A stretch of DNA of 64,000 nucleotides from a virus, in the IMG/VR virus record IMGVR_UViG_3300002494_000025, positions 1 to 64,000 of that record, one strand, 5' to 3'. Below, in pieces: positions 44,945-56,238 of this stretch. The number at the start of each line of letters is the position of its first letter. The first letter of the stretch is position 1. The position numbers and the translations under genes were made by a program. The notes beneath the pieces are model-generated. The model was given only the letters and a program-made list of their open reading frames with translations, was not told the DNA's origin and made no database searches.

Positions 44945-45361
44945 TTACACTTCAACTTGGTCTTTTACAAAATATGCAACTTCGATTCTACCAGATGTCA
45001 TTAGTTGTGTTGCAATAATCCAATATAAATCATTTCTATAATCAATCGTCAGAAATGATGTATAGGGATTGTATGAGAATGTAAACTTATATTTATTGGT
45101 GCCCAGTGTGTCAACATTTACGTTTTCTACTGTGAAATCAAATGGTGGACGTATTAAAATGAGTTCCAACGTTGCACCTTTTCGTATTTGTGGATATCTC
45201 ATGTACAATCTATAACCATAATGTTTGGGTTTTGGTAGTTCCATCATAGAACCAGGATTCAATACATATTTATAAGGTTCAACATTATGGTTCTTCCACC
45301 AACCCATTCGATAATACGAACTTAAATAATCATACATCGTTCTTTCAATATCTCTACTCAC
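44945..45361 (-). CDS. Hypothetical protein
   Basis: 138 aa, tightly packed in the operon. Confidence 0.55.
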   Translation of the reverse strand: MSRDIERTMYDYLSSYYRMGWWKNHNVEPYKYVLNPGSMMELPKPKHYGYRLYMRYPQIRKGATLELILIRPPFDFTVENVNVDTLGTNKYKFTFSYNPYTSFLTIDYRNDLYWIIATQLMTSGRIEVAYFVKDQVEV

Positions 45362-45362
45362 T

Positions 45363-46046
45363 TTATTCCACCACCTTTACCTTTTCTTTAAAAATTAATT
45401 CCACCGACTTAATAATATCTATAGGGATGTAATCACTACACATGTTTAAGTTGTCAAGTATCTTTTTCGAATTAGAACGTTTATAAATATTTTTGTTACG
45501 ATTGCTATACGTATGAAACAACGTGTAATTATCGGTTAAAATTTCACCTAGTAGGGTACGAATGTTGTTAACAACTACACTAACTGGTATATCGATGTAA
45601 TGATTCACAAACAAATTACCAGTGTTGACACTAAAAAATGTTGTAATCGTTAAATATCCGGTTTCTTTACTCCCAAAGATACTTCGAATTTGTTGTTTGA
45701 TACTTGTACTTGATACTATGTTATCTATTCCAAGTTTCTGTAGTTTATACTGTATTATATCTACGTTGTTATCGTCATAAACCGAGTAAACGTAGTAAAT
45801 AAAAAGTTCATTAACATTAAATTTATTTGTTGCAATTAAAAAGTTTTTGTTAAACATGTCATTCTTGTCAAACACAAGGTACAGTGTAATAAATGTATCT
45901 TTTTCTCTATTGAAGAACACATACATATATTGTTTATTTTTTGTGAAAGATGTAATGTTAATTGGTTGGAATAACGAAACACTTGTAGTAACAAGTAACC
46001 CTGTAGTTATATCAATATTTGGTGTAACGATTGAGATTGATTCCAT
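45363..46046 (-). CDS. Hypothetical protein
   Basis: 227 aa, follows the SbcD-like gene. Confidence 0.55.
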   Translation of the reverse strand: MESISIVTPNIDITTGLLVTTSVSLFQPINITSFTKNKQYMYVFFNREKDTFITLYLVFDKNDMFNKNFLIATNKFNVNELFIYYVYSVYDDNNVDIIQYKLQKLGIDNIVSSTSIKQQIRSIFGSKETGYLTITTFFSVNTGNLFVNHYIDIPVSVVVNNIRTLLGEILTDNYTLFHTYSNRNKNIYKRSNSKKILDNLNMCSDYIPIDIIKSVELIFKEKVKVVE

Positions 46047-46050
46047 TTTA

Positions 46051-47229
46051 TCACCCCTGTTGATTGGATAATGAATTTAAATTTACAACATATGTATTGA
46101 ACAAATTGATCAACAACTCTTCATCATATGTAATTCCTTTGTTCCTTAAACTTTGGATATATTCCATAAGATATTCAACAAAATACTCTTCAAAAGTAAG
46201 ATACTTTTCTTCTACAATTTCAGTTTCTTGTTGTAATTTATTATCTTTTAATAAATTACTTAATGTTATTAACTTTTTTACATGAGAATTATTACTTAGT
46301 TTATTGATTACAACATCATCAATATTTGAATTATCTGTTAGATGTAGTTTAACAACGTATAGATGATGGTTATCATTTAAAAATGGTTCATACTTATCAT
46401 ACTCATTACTCATAAACTCTAAATACTTAACTTGGTGTGGCCACTCATTAAATGTTAATTGATATGTGTTAAGATCAAATTCATAATATCCGTATATATT
46501 ATTATGTACCGTTGTTTTTTCACTAAAACTCTTTGGGAAACATGTAATAACATAATAATTATCATCTGGAATTCGAATATCCTTAGTGTGATAATGTCCT
46601 TGAAAGAACTTGTAATTGAGGTTACTCGTTTGTAGGAACATTCTCAACTCGTTGTAATTGAGATAATGTGGATTGTTAGTTACATCAACATTTTCAAATT
46701 GTGTAATAATTTCTGAAATTTCAGCATGTGATATAAACAAATGTAATGACCGATTGTGATATGTATTTGTGGTTATAACATTTTTTATTTTCTCAATTAC
46801 GATATCAGTCAGTGTATTATCAACAATATCTTTGAAGAACTCTTTGGGGTAATATGGAATAAAATGGATATACAGGTCTGGAGAAAATTGAATTGTGGAA
46901 ACTTCCTTCACAGTAATCGTACGTTTATACGTACTTAACAGATTAGTTACATTGACAATTTGATTCATTATATCGTGATTTCCGTTGATTAAGTATACTT
47001 TCTTAAACAAACTAACTATTTTACCGTACAATAGCATATCAAAGTACGTAATTTTACTAATATTATCGAACAAATCACCCCCAATTAATAAAACATCTTC
47101 ATTAGGGGTTAGTTGTAAATTTAAAAAACTTTTCAATAATTGAATACTTCTTTCTGACATACTTTTTTTATTACTAAACAATGTGTTACTCTGTGTGATA
47201 TGTAAATCCGATACTATGTACAATTTCAA
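46051..47229 (-). CDS. SbcD/Mre11/T4 gp47-like metallophosphoesterase nuclease
   Basis: SDLH, GGDLFD, GNHD, SH, GHYH motifs. Confidence 0.9.
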   Translation of the reverse strand: MKLYIVSDLHITQSNTLFSNKKSMSERSIQLLKSFLNLQLTPNEDVLLIGGDLFDNISKITYFDMLLYGKIVSLFKKVYLINGNHDIMNQIVNVTNLLSTYKRTITVKEVSTIQFSPDLYIHFIPYYPKEFFKDIVDNTLTDIVIEKIKNVITTNTYHNRSLHLFISHAEISEIITQFENVDVTNNPHYLNYNELRMFLQTSNLNYKFFQGHYHTKDIRIPDDNYYVITCFPKSFSEKTTVHNNIYGYYEFDLNTYQLTFNEWPHQVKYLEFMSNEYDKYEPFLNDNHHLYVVKLHLTDNSNIDDVVINKLSNNSHVKKLITLSNLLKDNKLQQETEIVEEKYLTFEEYFVEYLMEYIQSLRNKGITYDEELLINLFNTYVVNLNSLSNQQG

Positions 47230-47299
47230 ATTTCAACCCCCCTTTATTTTTTTATTCCATATTGTGTTACATTAATAATATGTTATATTTTTACAAAAT

Positions 47300-49948
47300 T
47301 TAAATTATTCCCCCGAATAATGTGTACAGTTGTTGAACATTGTTATTGGTTGTTACAGTACTCAGTATATCGTTAATAATTTTTTCAGACATAAAACTTT
47401 CAAATCGTCTAACAAACTGTTCATAGATTGAAAGATAATCGACTTTTATTGTTTTGTCATTAGTTAGAATTTCTTTTACAATCTTGGTATCATTTTCCTT
47501 AAATGAAAGGTAACCACTTATTTCAGTAACCTTTTTTCGTTTCTCATTAAAAATTTCTCTTGCCACATTAAAATATTTTGATGTATTAAGTATTTTTACA
47601 GGAATTACATAAATTTTTTGACCAATAAGTTCGTTATCGTCATAATCAATATCCATAACATCTTCCGCGATATACTTGAATAACTTCCAACCACGTAGAT
47701 GATATGGATCAACTTTATACTCCAGCGTTGTAAGTGTTTTCGACTCTGCAATTTCTTCAAGATGTGTAGTTTCAAGTTCGTTATAAATTTGTACAAATAA
47801 ATCCTTCATGTCTTTTTCAGATATATTATCATTGGTTACAAGTAACATAAACAATTGACGTAGTTTATTTTTCAAAAATTGTGGAAAATCAGACCTTGCC
47901 AAGTCAACACCTTTATATATTTCCTTCCCATGGTAATCAAACCCGTAGTAACGTTTTTTCACACCAAAGAATTTTACACGTTTAAACACTTTATCAATTT
48001 CCATTCTCAGTGTATTGATTTGTCTTAGTTCTTCATCACTTATATTCTGTATAATTTCCTTCAAAAAATCTGGTATTTTGTTATTTACATGTTCCCTTAT
48101 ACGTTCAGCACATACTAATGTAACTTCTTCGTTATCCATTATTACCGGATTTATAAATATAAACTCGATAAATACACTGTCTGTATCACCGTATACTACT
48201 TTAGTTAAAAATGTATACTTAAACCCATTTATATCTTCTCTCCAAGTTTTATCATCAACATAGTCAATAACACTTCTTATCAAATACCTTCCTACAGATG
48301 TAATTGATAGTGCAACATCTGTATTGTAAAATGTAAAATATTTTGTTCCGAACACCCCATAAATACTATTTGCCAAAATTTTATAGTTTAGTTGTCTATT
48401 ATAGTATTCCATATTATCGGGGTGTTCTTTACTTAGTTTCTTATAGTAGAATCTCATTTCTAATATATTTCTTATCATCTTTCGTATAAGTGTATCTTTT
48501 TGTAAGAAGTATACGTCACGAACACCTGTTAATTCTTTGTTGATATGTGTATATTTCACAGGTTCTGTGGGTTTCTTTACTGGTTGGATATCTATACTGC
48601 ATGTCAGTATTATATTTGGGTATAGTGATGCAAAGTCTAAGACTACGACGTTTTTATGTACTCCATCATCCGGGGTATGTACATATGCACCGGTGTAACT
48701 TTCATCGTTGTTTTCCTCGGGATCTATATTCTTTACACCAGACGTAAAAGGCAACAACACATTTTCCTTCCATGCAAATAGATTCAAATAACCTTCGACT
48801 GTGTATAAGGTACTCATGAGTTTATCAAGATTTATTGGAACAATTTCGTTAAATGAATTCAACAGTGTAATTAATTTTAATTTTTCTTCGAGTTTGACCA
48901 GTATCTCAACATCACGTATTATGTAACTTAAAAAACGTTTGTAATCATCAATATGTAGATATCCCATCTTTTCTGTTTTTCCAAATTCTAATCCATTGAT
49001 TTTTGCAATATTATCCAGACCCCAACTTGTTGGTGTCTCTGGTATAAATTTTTCGTATAATTCTTTATAATCAATGAAATAAATCATTGGTACATTTATG
49101 TAATATACAACACCACGTCCACCTTGTGCAAATTCCTTAAAGTATGGTTTACTTATCTTATACTCATTGGAATCAAAGGATAAAAAATCATTGAATAATC
49201 CATGTTGAATCAGTCGTTTGACCAAGTATGGAATATCATACATGTTAGAAAACCATCCTGTAATTATGGATGGTTTTTGTATTTTCACATAAATTAAAAA
49301 TTTATCCAACAAGTCCACTTCATCTTTTGCAATGGTGATTTTAGTCTTTATGTTGTACTGTTGGTGGTATTCTCTTTCATATTCAATTACATCCTTAGGA
49401 TTATTAACTTTAATAAATTCAGTGTTAATGATAGTATAATACGTATTGTCGGTATTGTTATACCAGGTGATAGAAGTAATTGGCATCATCGCTTGTTGAG
49501 GTTTGTTCCATCCGTGTTTAAGTGCTTCCGGTGTAGAATACACTTCTATGTCCAACATCCAATATGTTCTATCGAATTGAATATCCTCAACAGTAAACAA
49601 TCCTACATCTTTAATAAAATTTCCCACAATAAGTTTTCGCTTTTTCAACCCTGCTAAATATCTCACAAATTCATTCTTAAATTCTCTAAATGCATAATAA
49701 TCATGTTTGTCATCTTTTAGAAAGACTTCATAAATTGATTCACCATTCAACCCAGTAAAGTTTGTCTTTTTTACACCGATATTAATGTTTTTCTCCTTCA
49801 AAAATGATTTCAAATACTGTAAACCTTCCTCTACCAAATAGAAGGAAGGTTTCATTTTAAGAATATTTAGTTTATCTTCCGTCGTGTGTATCAAAAATTG
49901 ATATTTATCTTTATCATAATACAAATTCTTAATTTTCATATAAACCAT
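47300..49948 (-). CDS. Family B DNA polymerase with 3'-5' exonuclease
   Basis: LDIEV ExoI, YDIPY, DFASLYP, K...NSIYG, YGDTDS, KKRY. Confidence 0.96.
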   Translation of the reverse strand: MVYMKIKNLYYDKDKYQFLIHTTEDKLNILKMKPSFYLVEEGLQYLKSFLKEKNINIGVKKTNFTGLNGESIYEVFLKDDKHDYYAFREFKNEFVRYLAGLKKRKLIVGNFIKDVGLFTVEDIQFDRTYWMLDIEVYSTPEALKHGWNKPQQAMMPITSITWYNNTDNTYYTIINTEFIKVNNPKDVIEYEREYHQQYNIKTKITIAKDEVDLLDKFLIYVKIQKPSIITGWFSNMYDIPYLVKRLIQHGLFNDFLSFDSNEYKISKPYFKEFAQGGRGVVYYINVPMIYFIDYKELYEKFIPETPTSWGLDNIAKINGLEFGKTEKMGYLHIDDYKRFLSYIIRDVEILVKLEEKLKLITLLNSFNEIVPINLDKLMSTLYTVEGYLNLFAWKENVLLPFTSGVKNIDPEENNDESYTGAYVHTPDDGVHKNVVVLDFASLYPNIILTCSIDIQPVKKPTEPVKYTHINKELTGVRDVYFLQKDTLIRKMIRNILEMRFYYKKLSKEHPDNMEYYNRQLNYKILANSIYGVFGTKYFTFYNTDVALSITSVGRYLIRSVIDYVDDKTWREDINGFKYTFLTKVVYGDTDSVFIEFIFINPVIMDNEEVTLVCAERIREHVNNKIPDFLKEIIQNISDEELRQINTLRMEIDKVFKRVKFFGVKKRYYGFDYHGKEIYKGVDLARSDFPQFLKNKLRQLFMLLVTNDNISEKDMKDLFVQIYNELETTHLEEIAESKTLTTLEYKVDPYHLRGWKLFKYIAEDVMDIDYDDNELIGQKIYVIPVKILNTSKYFNVAREIFNEKRKKVTEISGYLSFKENDTKIVKEILTNDKTIKVDYLSIYEQFVRRFESFMSEKIINDILSTVTTNNNVQQLYTLFGGII

Positions 49949-49981
49949 CCCTCCTCAACATATAAACAATTCTGTCTCTAA

Positions 49982-50003
49982 TAATAATATGTTGACATTT
50001 ACA
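49982..50003 (-). promoter_or_regulatory. Shared upstream motif TGTAAA-N6/7-(C/T/A)ATATTATTA (representative copy, before polB)
   Basis: Also at 36239-36260, 41005-41026, 47273-47295, 57766-57788, 60319-60340, 62086-62107 (all minus) and 62903-62924 (plus), each shortly upstream of a gene start. Confidence 0.7.
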
Positions 50004-50062
50004 ATTTTACTTAAAAAAAGACAGGGTTTAAACCCTGTTTTTATAACAACAACTTCAACTTT

Positions 50063-50965
50063 TTATAACAACTTCCTTAGTTCTTTGAAGGAATCGTCAT
50101 TATGAATTTTTATATATAATGTGACATACAGATTTGGTAGTACATGTTCATACATCAACCTATATTCAACACTTGTCATATATATTAACATGTCCGTCAA
50201 TATTTCATTAACTATTATGAACCAGTCCGTGTAATAGTCAAGATCATGTTTATTGTTCATGAGTCGGTGTATATAATTTAATATATATATGTCGTATTCT
50301 GTTCTATTTTCAAGAATCCTTTTACGTAACATATATATAATACCACCCATTACACCATCTTCTATGATCTCCCAAAAGTCCATAAATAATGGGTCTTTTT
50401 CATCATCAATATTCAAATCAATTAATTTATCTAGTATGACATATTTAGTACCTTTCCAAATCTTATATGCCTGTGATTTATTTTTTAGTGTCTTATAACT
50501 AAAATATTTTCCCATGTTTGTATATATGTATTCTATATCTTTAACAAATGCATTGTAGAATTCTTTTCTATATTTATTTGTTAAAACCCAGATTGGGACG
50601 TGTGTTAGTTCATGTAACACAATATACAATGTATACCATACTACCCCCTTCTGTTTTTCTGTATCATTAATTGTTGTAGTATCATTTTCAATTGAATTTT
50701 TGATTTTGTAAACATCCGATAAATTAAAATAAATTACCGGGTGAAATCCTTCCCGGTTAAATTCTACTGTAAAATGTGAAGTTTCGGATTCATTATTGAT
50801 GATTACAATTTTACCACCACGTTTTTTAAAATACTTCAGTAGTAGTTTACCATTACTATAATATGGTCGTATATCACCTTCCAAATACTGTTTTATTTCA
50901 TTTTTATTACAACTCAATAACTGTGACATTAATTTTTCTATTTCCATCACCACACCACCTCCCAT
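50063..50965 (-). CDS. Hypothetical protein with HExxH motif
   Basis: VLHELTH zincin-like motif. Confidence 0.55.
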   Translation of the reverse strand: MGGGVVMEIEKLMSQLLSCNKNEIKQYLEGDIRPYYSNGKLLLKYFKKRGGKIVIINNESETSHFTVEFNREGFHPVIYFNLSDVYKIKNSIENDTTTINDTEKQKGVVWYTLYIVLHELTHVPIWVLTNKYRKEFYNAFVKDIEYIYTNMGKYFSYKTLKNKSQAYKIWKGTKYVILDKLIDLNIDDEKDPLFMDFWEIIEDGVMGGIIYMLRKRILENRTEYDIYILNYIHRLMNNKHDLDYYTDWFIIVNEILTDMLIYMTSVEYRLMYEHVLPNLYVTLYIKIHNDDSFKELRKLL

Positions 50966-51111
50966 GTATTCATCATTGTTAAAACTTAAATAAAATAAGA
51001 AATAAGAACTGTGTTTTTAATCGTTAATTTTGTCAAGAGTATACATACGCATAGTAATACACTATCATTCTTTAGTTAGTTGTACATAATTCAATCAGGG
51101 GGTGGACATCA

Positions 51112-51930
51112 ATGAAACTAACACATAATAAAATTAACCATACCAATTATAAACAGGGGATTGGTCATAAAAAAACATTGTTCTATATAGGTATTATCAC
51201 AAGTTTGTTAATATTGAGTATATCGTCCTTTATAATTGTAACATCCTATTTAAAAATTTTATTTAAATCTCAAATTGAAGTATCTCAACCAATATCAATC
51301 GAAGATCAGGTAGATCAAATAACTGAAGTACATACAACTATAGAAACGTCTACAACTTCATTGGAAATAAAAAATGAAGAAAAAATTAAACAAAAAACTA
51401 ATATAGAAACACAACAGATGATTATGTATTCAACATTAAGACATTTTGGAATCTCCGAACAAAATACAAGACAAATAACCAAAGCAACATTCGAAGAACT
51501 CCCAAACATCTCAAAGTACGGATTCACATATGAAGATGTTATTGCGTTAATTTATCTCGAAAGTGCATTTAAAAATCACAGTCCTTACTGGGACAATCAT
51601 GGTGTAGCTGTTGGATATTTTTCCATCCATAATGTTGCACTTAATAGAGTTAAAAAACATTATCCACATGAATTTGGTCATATCAAAAATAACAAAGACT
51701 TATTAAAATCACCTTACTATCAAACTAAAGTTGCATTGAGATATATATACATAATAATTCAATCAGAAATAAAAGATTCTGAAAAATATTGTAATCTTAA
51801 ATACTATGTGTTGAGTCGTTACAATGGTAGAACAACTAATTTATACGATAACGTATACATAAGGATTTTCAAAAACCGTTTGTCACAAGTGAAATCAATA
51901 ATACAAAAACAGACAACAACGGATTTGTAA
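51112..51930 (+). CDS. Membrane-anchored lytic transglycosylase (SLT-like)
   Basis: N-terminal TM helix; ALIYLESAF (catalytic E-S), AVGYFSI, SRYNG; no TAG. Confidence 0.75.
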   Translation: MKLTHNKINHTNYKQGIGHKKTLFYIGIITSLLILSISSFIIVTSYLKILFKSQIEVSQPISIEDQVDQITEVHTTIETSTTSLEIKNEEKIKQKTNIETQQMIMYSTLRHFGISEQNTRQITKATFEELPNISKYGFTYEDVIALIYLESAFKNHSPYWDNHGVAVGYFSIHNVALNRVKKHYPHEFGHIKNNKDLLKSPYYQTKVALRYIYIIIQSEIKDSEKYCNLKYYVLSRYNGRTTNLYDNVYIRIFKNRLSQVKSIIQKQTTTDL

Positions 51931-51973
51931 TTTTAAAACAAAAAACCCTGGAACATTCCAGGGTTATTATTTA

Positions 51974-52354
51974 TTAATCTTTTTCCCACCAGTCTCTGAG
52001 TTCATCCATAACTTCTCTGAGTTTCTTTGAAAATTCTGGATTGTTTGTCTTGTTCATGACTGCCTACCAATTCAATTTACCAATCATTTCCTTGTATGTT
52101 ACATCACCAGAGTTTATCTAACTCTTGGCACGACGAACCATTTCATCCTTTGATACATCTGCTAAATTTGTTTTTTTATCATATCTCAGTACATCGTGTA
52201 AACTCCCCTTGTCAATACTCTTTGGTAGTTGTTCAGTTATTTCTGTTTTTTTAGTCTATTTTTTCTTTTTTGAACACTATTCTATTAACTGTTTTGTTTC
52301 AACTAACTCTTGTTTAATTGACTGTAGTGTTTCAAATAATCCTGTCCTTAACAT
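51974..52354 (-). CDS. Hypothetical protein, recoded (126 aa, 4 TAG), minus strand
   Basis: RBS GAGGTGG; MLRTGLFETLQ...IE*CSKKKK*TKK...AKS*INSG...NW*AVMNK...DWWEKD then TAA. Confidence 0.7.
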
Positions 52355-52553
52355 TCATACCACCTCACTTTTGTGGAAATTGAGTTTTCAATAACGTTGA
52401 TTTGATCAAGACTATACTTTTCAAGACTTCGATATCAAGTCTATTCGAAACATCATAAAACATCCGATTGTATATATACACCCCTTTTCTAAAAACACAC
52501 CATCCCATTATAAGTTTATAATAGTATTAATTCATTTACTAATTTTTAAACGA

Positions 52554-53672
52554 TTTGACAATCACATAAATGATAATATTATACTCAATACAATAATTGA
52601 ACTACAATCAAATGATACCAACAATGATTATATTTTGTATACAAATGATGTGTAGTTAATCTTAAAATAGAAAATGTTCAATGTTGAAACATATACAAAT
52701 ATTAAATTTATTGACATTGAAAATTTTCATACCCACCAGTTCAGAATTGTTAAGATAACAAACGACGATTTTGAACGTTTAATACCTGTCATAGAACGCA
52801 ATCGCTTCGAATCAAATGACATAATTATCAATCGTACTGAGTATAACGTTGATCATAATTCAATTGATTCATATTTCTACATTACAAATGAAGAACAAGA
52901 TGTAAAATACTTATTCAGAAAATTAGATGGTAATACATAGAGGTTTGTATCTATAGAGAAACTATTACATGCATATCTAAGTGAATATCAATACGAAAAC
53001 TATGGATTAAAGATAATTAAACCACGTGACGATGAACAGTTATAGCTACTTGATAGTTTCTTTACAGATACACTAATAATATCATTATAGAAGTCTGGTA
53101 CTGGAAAGACATTGTTATAGTTGTTTTATTAGATAACAGAAGTACTTAAAAATAGACTAAATAAAACGTTAATACCAAAAACATATTCAAAAATTATCTT
53201 TATCGCCAATAATTCAGTTATCCAACCCCGTAAAGAGTTGGGTTTCCTACCAGGTAGTAAACATGAGAAAATATTACCATTTATGAGTGGTATCATCGAT
53301 AATTTAGATTTTCTCTTTAATGGAAATATTAATAATGACTTTGATATAACAAAAACAGATGTGAATAGTCTATTTGAAATCCGACCAATTTAGTACATCA
53401 GAGGTTCATCAATAAATAATTAGATCGTAATTGTTGATGAAGTTCAAAATCTAACATGGCACGAATTAAAAACAATAGTGACACGTGTGAATACATCAAC
53501 ATCAAAATTAATTCTCATTGGTGATATACATCAAGTCGATGAAACAATGTAGATAGATTATCTTGGTATTATGAAATTGATCAATGTATTGTTTGATTCA
53601 AACCTACAAAATTGGAATTATATACCACTTACCACAAGTTATAGAAATATGTTCACAAACACACAAACATAA
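52554..53672 (+). CDS. phoH: PIN-PhoH (PhoH2-like) ATPase, recoded; start codon uncertain
   Basis: PIN tail NDNIIL...ILYTNDV*LILK*K; PRDDEQL*LLD; [12 protein letters not shown]; [15 protein letters not shown]; [22 protein letters not shown]; GDIHQVD. Confidence 0.88.
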
Positions 53673-53694
53673 CATAGATTATGGAATAAAAAAA

Positions 53695-53720
53695 AGGGTC
53701 TGAGGAAATCCTCAGACCTA
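53695..53720. terminator. Hairpin terminator, near-copy at 54791-54814
   Basis: GGTCTGAGGAAATCCTCAGACC versus GGTCCGGGGAAATCCCCAGACC. Confidence 0.65.
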
Positions 53721-53743
53721 TATATATTCTATTATTCAATTAT

Positions 53744-54313
53744 TTATTCACATTCTACTGGTGGATAATACAGTGTTGTATTGTTGTACTTTTTTAAAAA
53801 TTCTAATAATCCATTAACAGTGGTGTCATCATATATTACATTGGATAATGTATACATATCCACCCCCGTATGATAACCGGGGATGTGGTCCAAAAAGTTT
53901 CTAACTATTTCTATTAAACCTGGAAATTCCTTTAATTCTGATATTTCAAGGAGTTTGGATCTTGCTTCTTCTGTTTTTAATGTAACTTTTTCTAATGTTG
54001 TCAAGTCCCCGGCCCGAAGTTTATTTGGAGAATCAACATCAGGATCGGGGTTATCAGGACTAGTCACTGAAACTTTAGAAATTTTAAGAGTACTGCTACT
54101 ATGCCAATACCAATAATCGAATAGTATATATATTCCGGGGAATATTTTGTATAAATAGTACCCCTCGACCCGATTACTACCTGGGGTTCTGTTGACCGGT
54201 CGTATAAACTTCTTATTTTTAATTGAAAAAAACACCCCCATTAAACCTCGTTGTTTTGTTGTGCCATAATAATGACATCCTACAATATCAATTGTATTTA
54301 CACTTATACCCAT
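53744..54313 (-). CDS. Hypothetical protein (paralog of the next gene)
   Basis: RBS AGGAGG; shares FS..NKKF.RP...G.Y.Y...PG.YI.F.Y.W with 54356-54646. Confidence 0.65.
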   Translation of the reverse strand: MGISVNTIDIVGCHYYGTTKQRGLMGVFFSIKNKKFIRPVNRTPGSNRVEGYYLYKIFPGIYILFDYWYWHSSSTLKISKVSVTSPDNPDPDVDSPNKLRAGDLTTLEKVTLKTEEARSKLLEISELKEFPGLIEIVRNFLDHIPGYHTGVDMYTLSNVIYDDTTVNGLLEFLKKYNNTTLYYPPVECE

Positions 54314-54355
54314 AATACCTACCTCCTTTTTAAAATGATATTTGTTTTCGTACAG

Positions 54356-54646
54356 TTATATCATATCACATATATTATTTTTTGTCAATACTTTATTTTT
54401 ATTTTTTTTTAGATCATCATTTACATACCATTCATAACTAAAAAAGATATATTTTCCTGGTAAAACACCACTATACATATAAAAACCCTCATTAACACTA
54501 CCTTCCTTGGATATTGGTTTTACAAACTTCTTGTCTATAGGAGAAAACAATACTATCTTCAACCTTACACTATCAGGAGAATTAAAATACTTTCCACCCT
54601 TAAAAGTAAACAAACTTGTTGTATTCTCACCATTAACCTCAACCAT
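54356..54646 (-). CDS. Hypothetical protein (shorter paralog)
   Basis: Shares the motif of 53744-54313. Confidence 0.55.
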   Translation of the reverse strand: MVEVNGENTTSLFTFKGGKYFNSPDSVRLKIVLFSPIDKKFVKPISKEGSVNEGFYMYSGVLPGKYIFFSYEWYVNDDLKKNKNKVLTKNNICDMI

Positions 54647-54831
54647 AATATCATCCCTTAAAATACTTTAGAAAACCGACAATTTCTGTTCTACCACTAA
54701 TTGTTAATGTCACAAAATATCACCACCACTATAATTTAAGTTTTGAACTTCCTAACTTTTTTTTTATTTTTTTTAGTATGAAATAAAAAAGAGGTCCGGG
54801 GAAATCCCCAGACCGAAAATTTATTTGTTAA

Positions 54832-55335
54832 TCATAACTCATTTCTAATTATATAATGGATCATTATATCGTAGAAAACTGCTAATTTGGTGATTTCTTT
54901 CTCATAAAATCTTTTTACCCAATGTGGTAATCTATTTACAAATATTGGTTCTGTTAGTTTTGTTACTATAGATCTAATCAAATCCATCATATCTTTGTCC
55001 AATGTTGTTATAATGTCAACATACTTATAGTAATCTTTAAATATATAAAACAATATTGGTGTCACACGATACGTATCATTTTCTACTTCAACAATGGGAA
55101 GAGGAAATTTTTTATTAAAATACCTTAAATATTTATTATTATTATCAACAAAGTCTGGTGTTATATATAACACTGTCACGAAATCACTGGTTATGTCAAT
55201 AATCACCCCGTTAACAACAATTACCTTACAGTCATTAACATAACACATTCTGATTACGTCATTAATTTTAAAATTAACATTGTCATCATTATTCATTCTT
55301 ATGAATGTCATTTTACTTACCCTCCCTTTAATCAT
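54832..55335 (-). CDS. Hypothetical protein
   Basis: ORF with RBS GGGAGG before MTFIRM. Confidence 0.55.
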   Translation of the reverse strand: MIKGRVSKMTFIRMNNDDNVNFKINDVIRMCYVNDCKVIVVNGVIIDITSDFVTVLYITPDFVDNNNKYLRYFNKKFPLPIVEVENDTYRVTPILFYIFKDYYKYVDIITTLDKDMMDLIRSIVTKLTEPIFVNRLPHWVKRFYEKEITKLAVFYDIMIHYIIRNEL

Positions 55336-55545
55336 CTCTCATATATAAGAACTGTATACATTCAAAAATTTGACAGGGGAATATTGTTAAATGTGAATGA
55401 ATGTTATATGTTATTTTTGTTCAACACCTGTTTATAACCTGTTTATACTTGTCGAAGTTATCCGGTGTTTGTCAAGTCTGTCGACGATGTCGAGTAAAAA
55501 TAAAAAGTGGGTTACATAAAGTAACCTCTCAGATCAATCATCGGT

Positions 55546-56220
55546 TTAGATAGATTTTTGTTTTTGACTATATAGTTTTAGCAATTGTGAAATACCGTCT
55601 TTTAGTCTGTATGTGTCTATCACAAAAATTATAAATTTCTCACCAACTGTAATTACAATTTCACAATATTTATGTAACAGTAAATTATTGATAAATCGTT
55701 CATCCATAATTATATATGCACTATTGTACAATTCTGGATAAAAAACTGCATACATATCAGTATACGGTTTTACATTACTTTTAATATTTTTATTATTTTC
55801 TTGTTCTTGTTGTAACGTATCAAAAAATCTTACACTTGTCAACCTAACTGCGTATACTTCTTCGTTAAATTGTTTTATGACCTGAACGTTTGGGGAATCA
55901 ACTGTTAGTCCGATTGGTTCGACAAATTGAAATGCAAAAAACATCTTTTTGTGAGGTAAACTGATATTAATCATTAATTTGACAAATTGCTGATCATCAA
56001 TTTTACCATTGATTATGAAATCTGTTGTACTATAAAGAAAAGTATCAAAGAGTGGATATGTATCATAACGATTTTCTGTATACATAACCCAATAACCAAA
56101 ACTTTCAATTCTTGTTACACTATATACCGACTGTGAAAACAGAATTACAAACAATACAAACACAAACATGTTTAGATATATGTATGACCTTTTAATTTGA
56201 ATACTCATTATTAAACCCAC
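55546..56220 (-). CDS. Putative secreted/membrane protein
   Basis: N-terminal hydrophobic signal-like segment. Confidence 0.55.
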   Translation of the reverse strand: MGLIMSIQIKRSYIYLNMFVFVLFVILFSQSVYSVTRIESFGYWVMYTENRYDTYPLFDTFLYSTTDFIINGKIDDQQFVKLMINISLPHKKMFFAFQFVEPIGLTVDSPNVQVIKQFNEEVYAVRLTSVRFFDTLQQEQENNKNIKSNVKPYTDMYAVFYPELYNSAYIIMDERFINNLLLHKYCEIVITVGEKFIIFVIDTYRLKDGISQLLKLYSQKQKSI

Positions 56221-56238
56221 CTCCCAAAAATTAAATAG

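Noticed and set aside
52125-52394. Plus-strand 89 aa ORF
   Set aside because: Antisense to the recoded minus-strand gene 51974-52354, which has a proper RBS.
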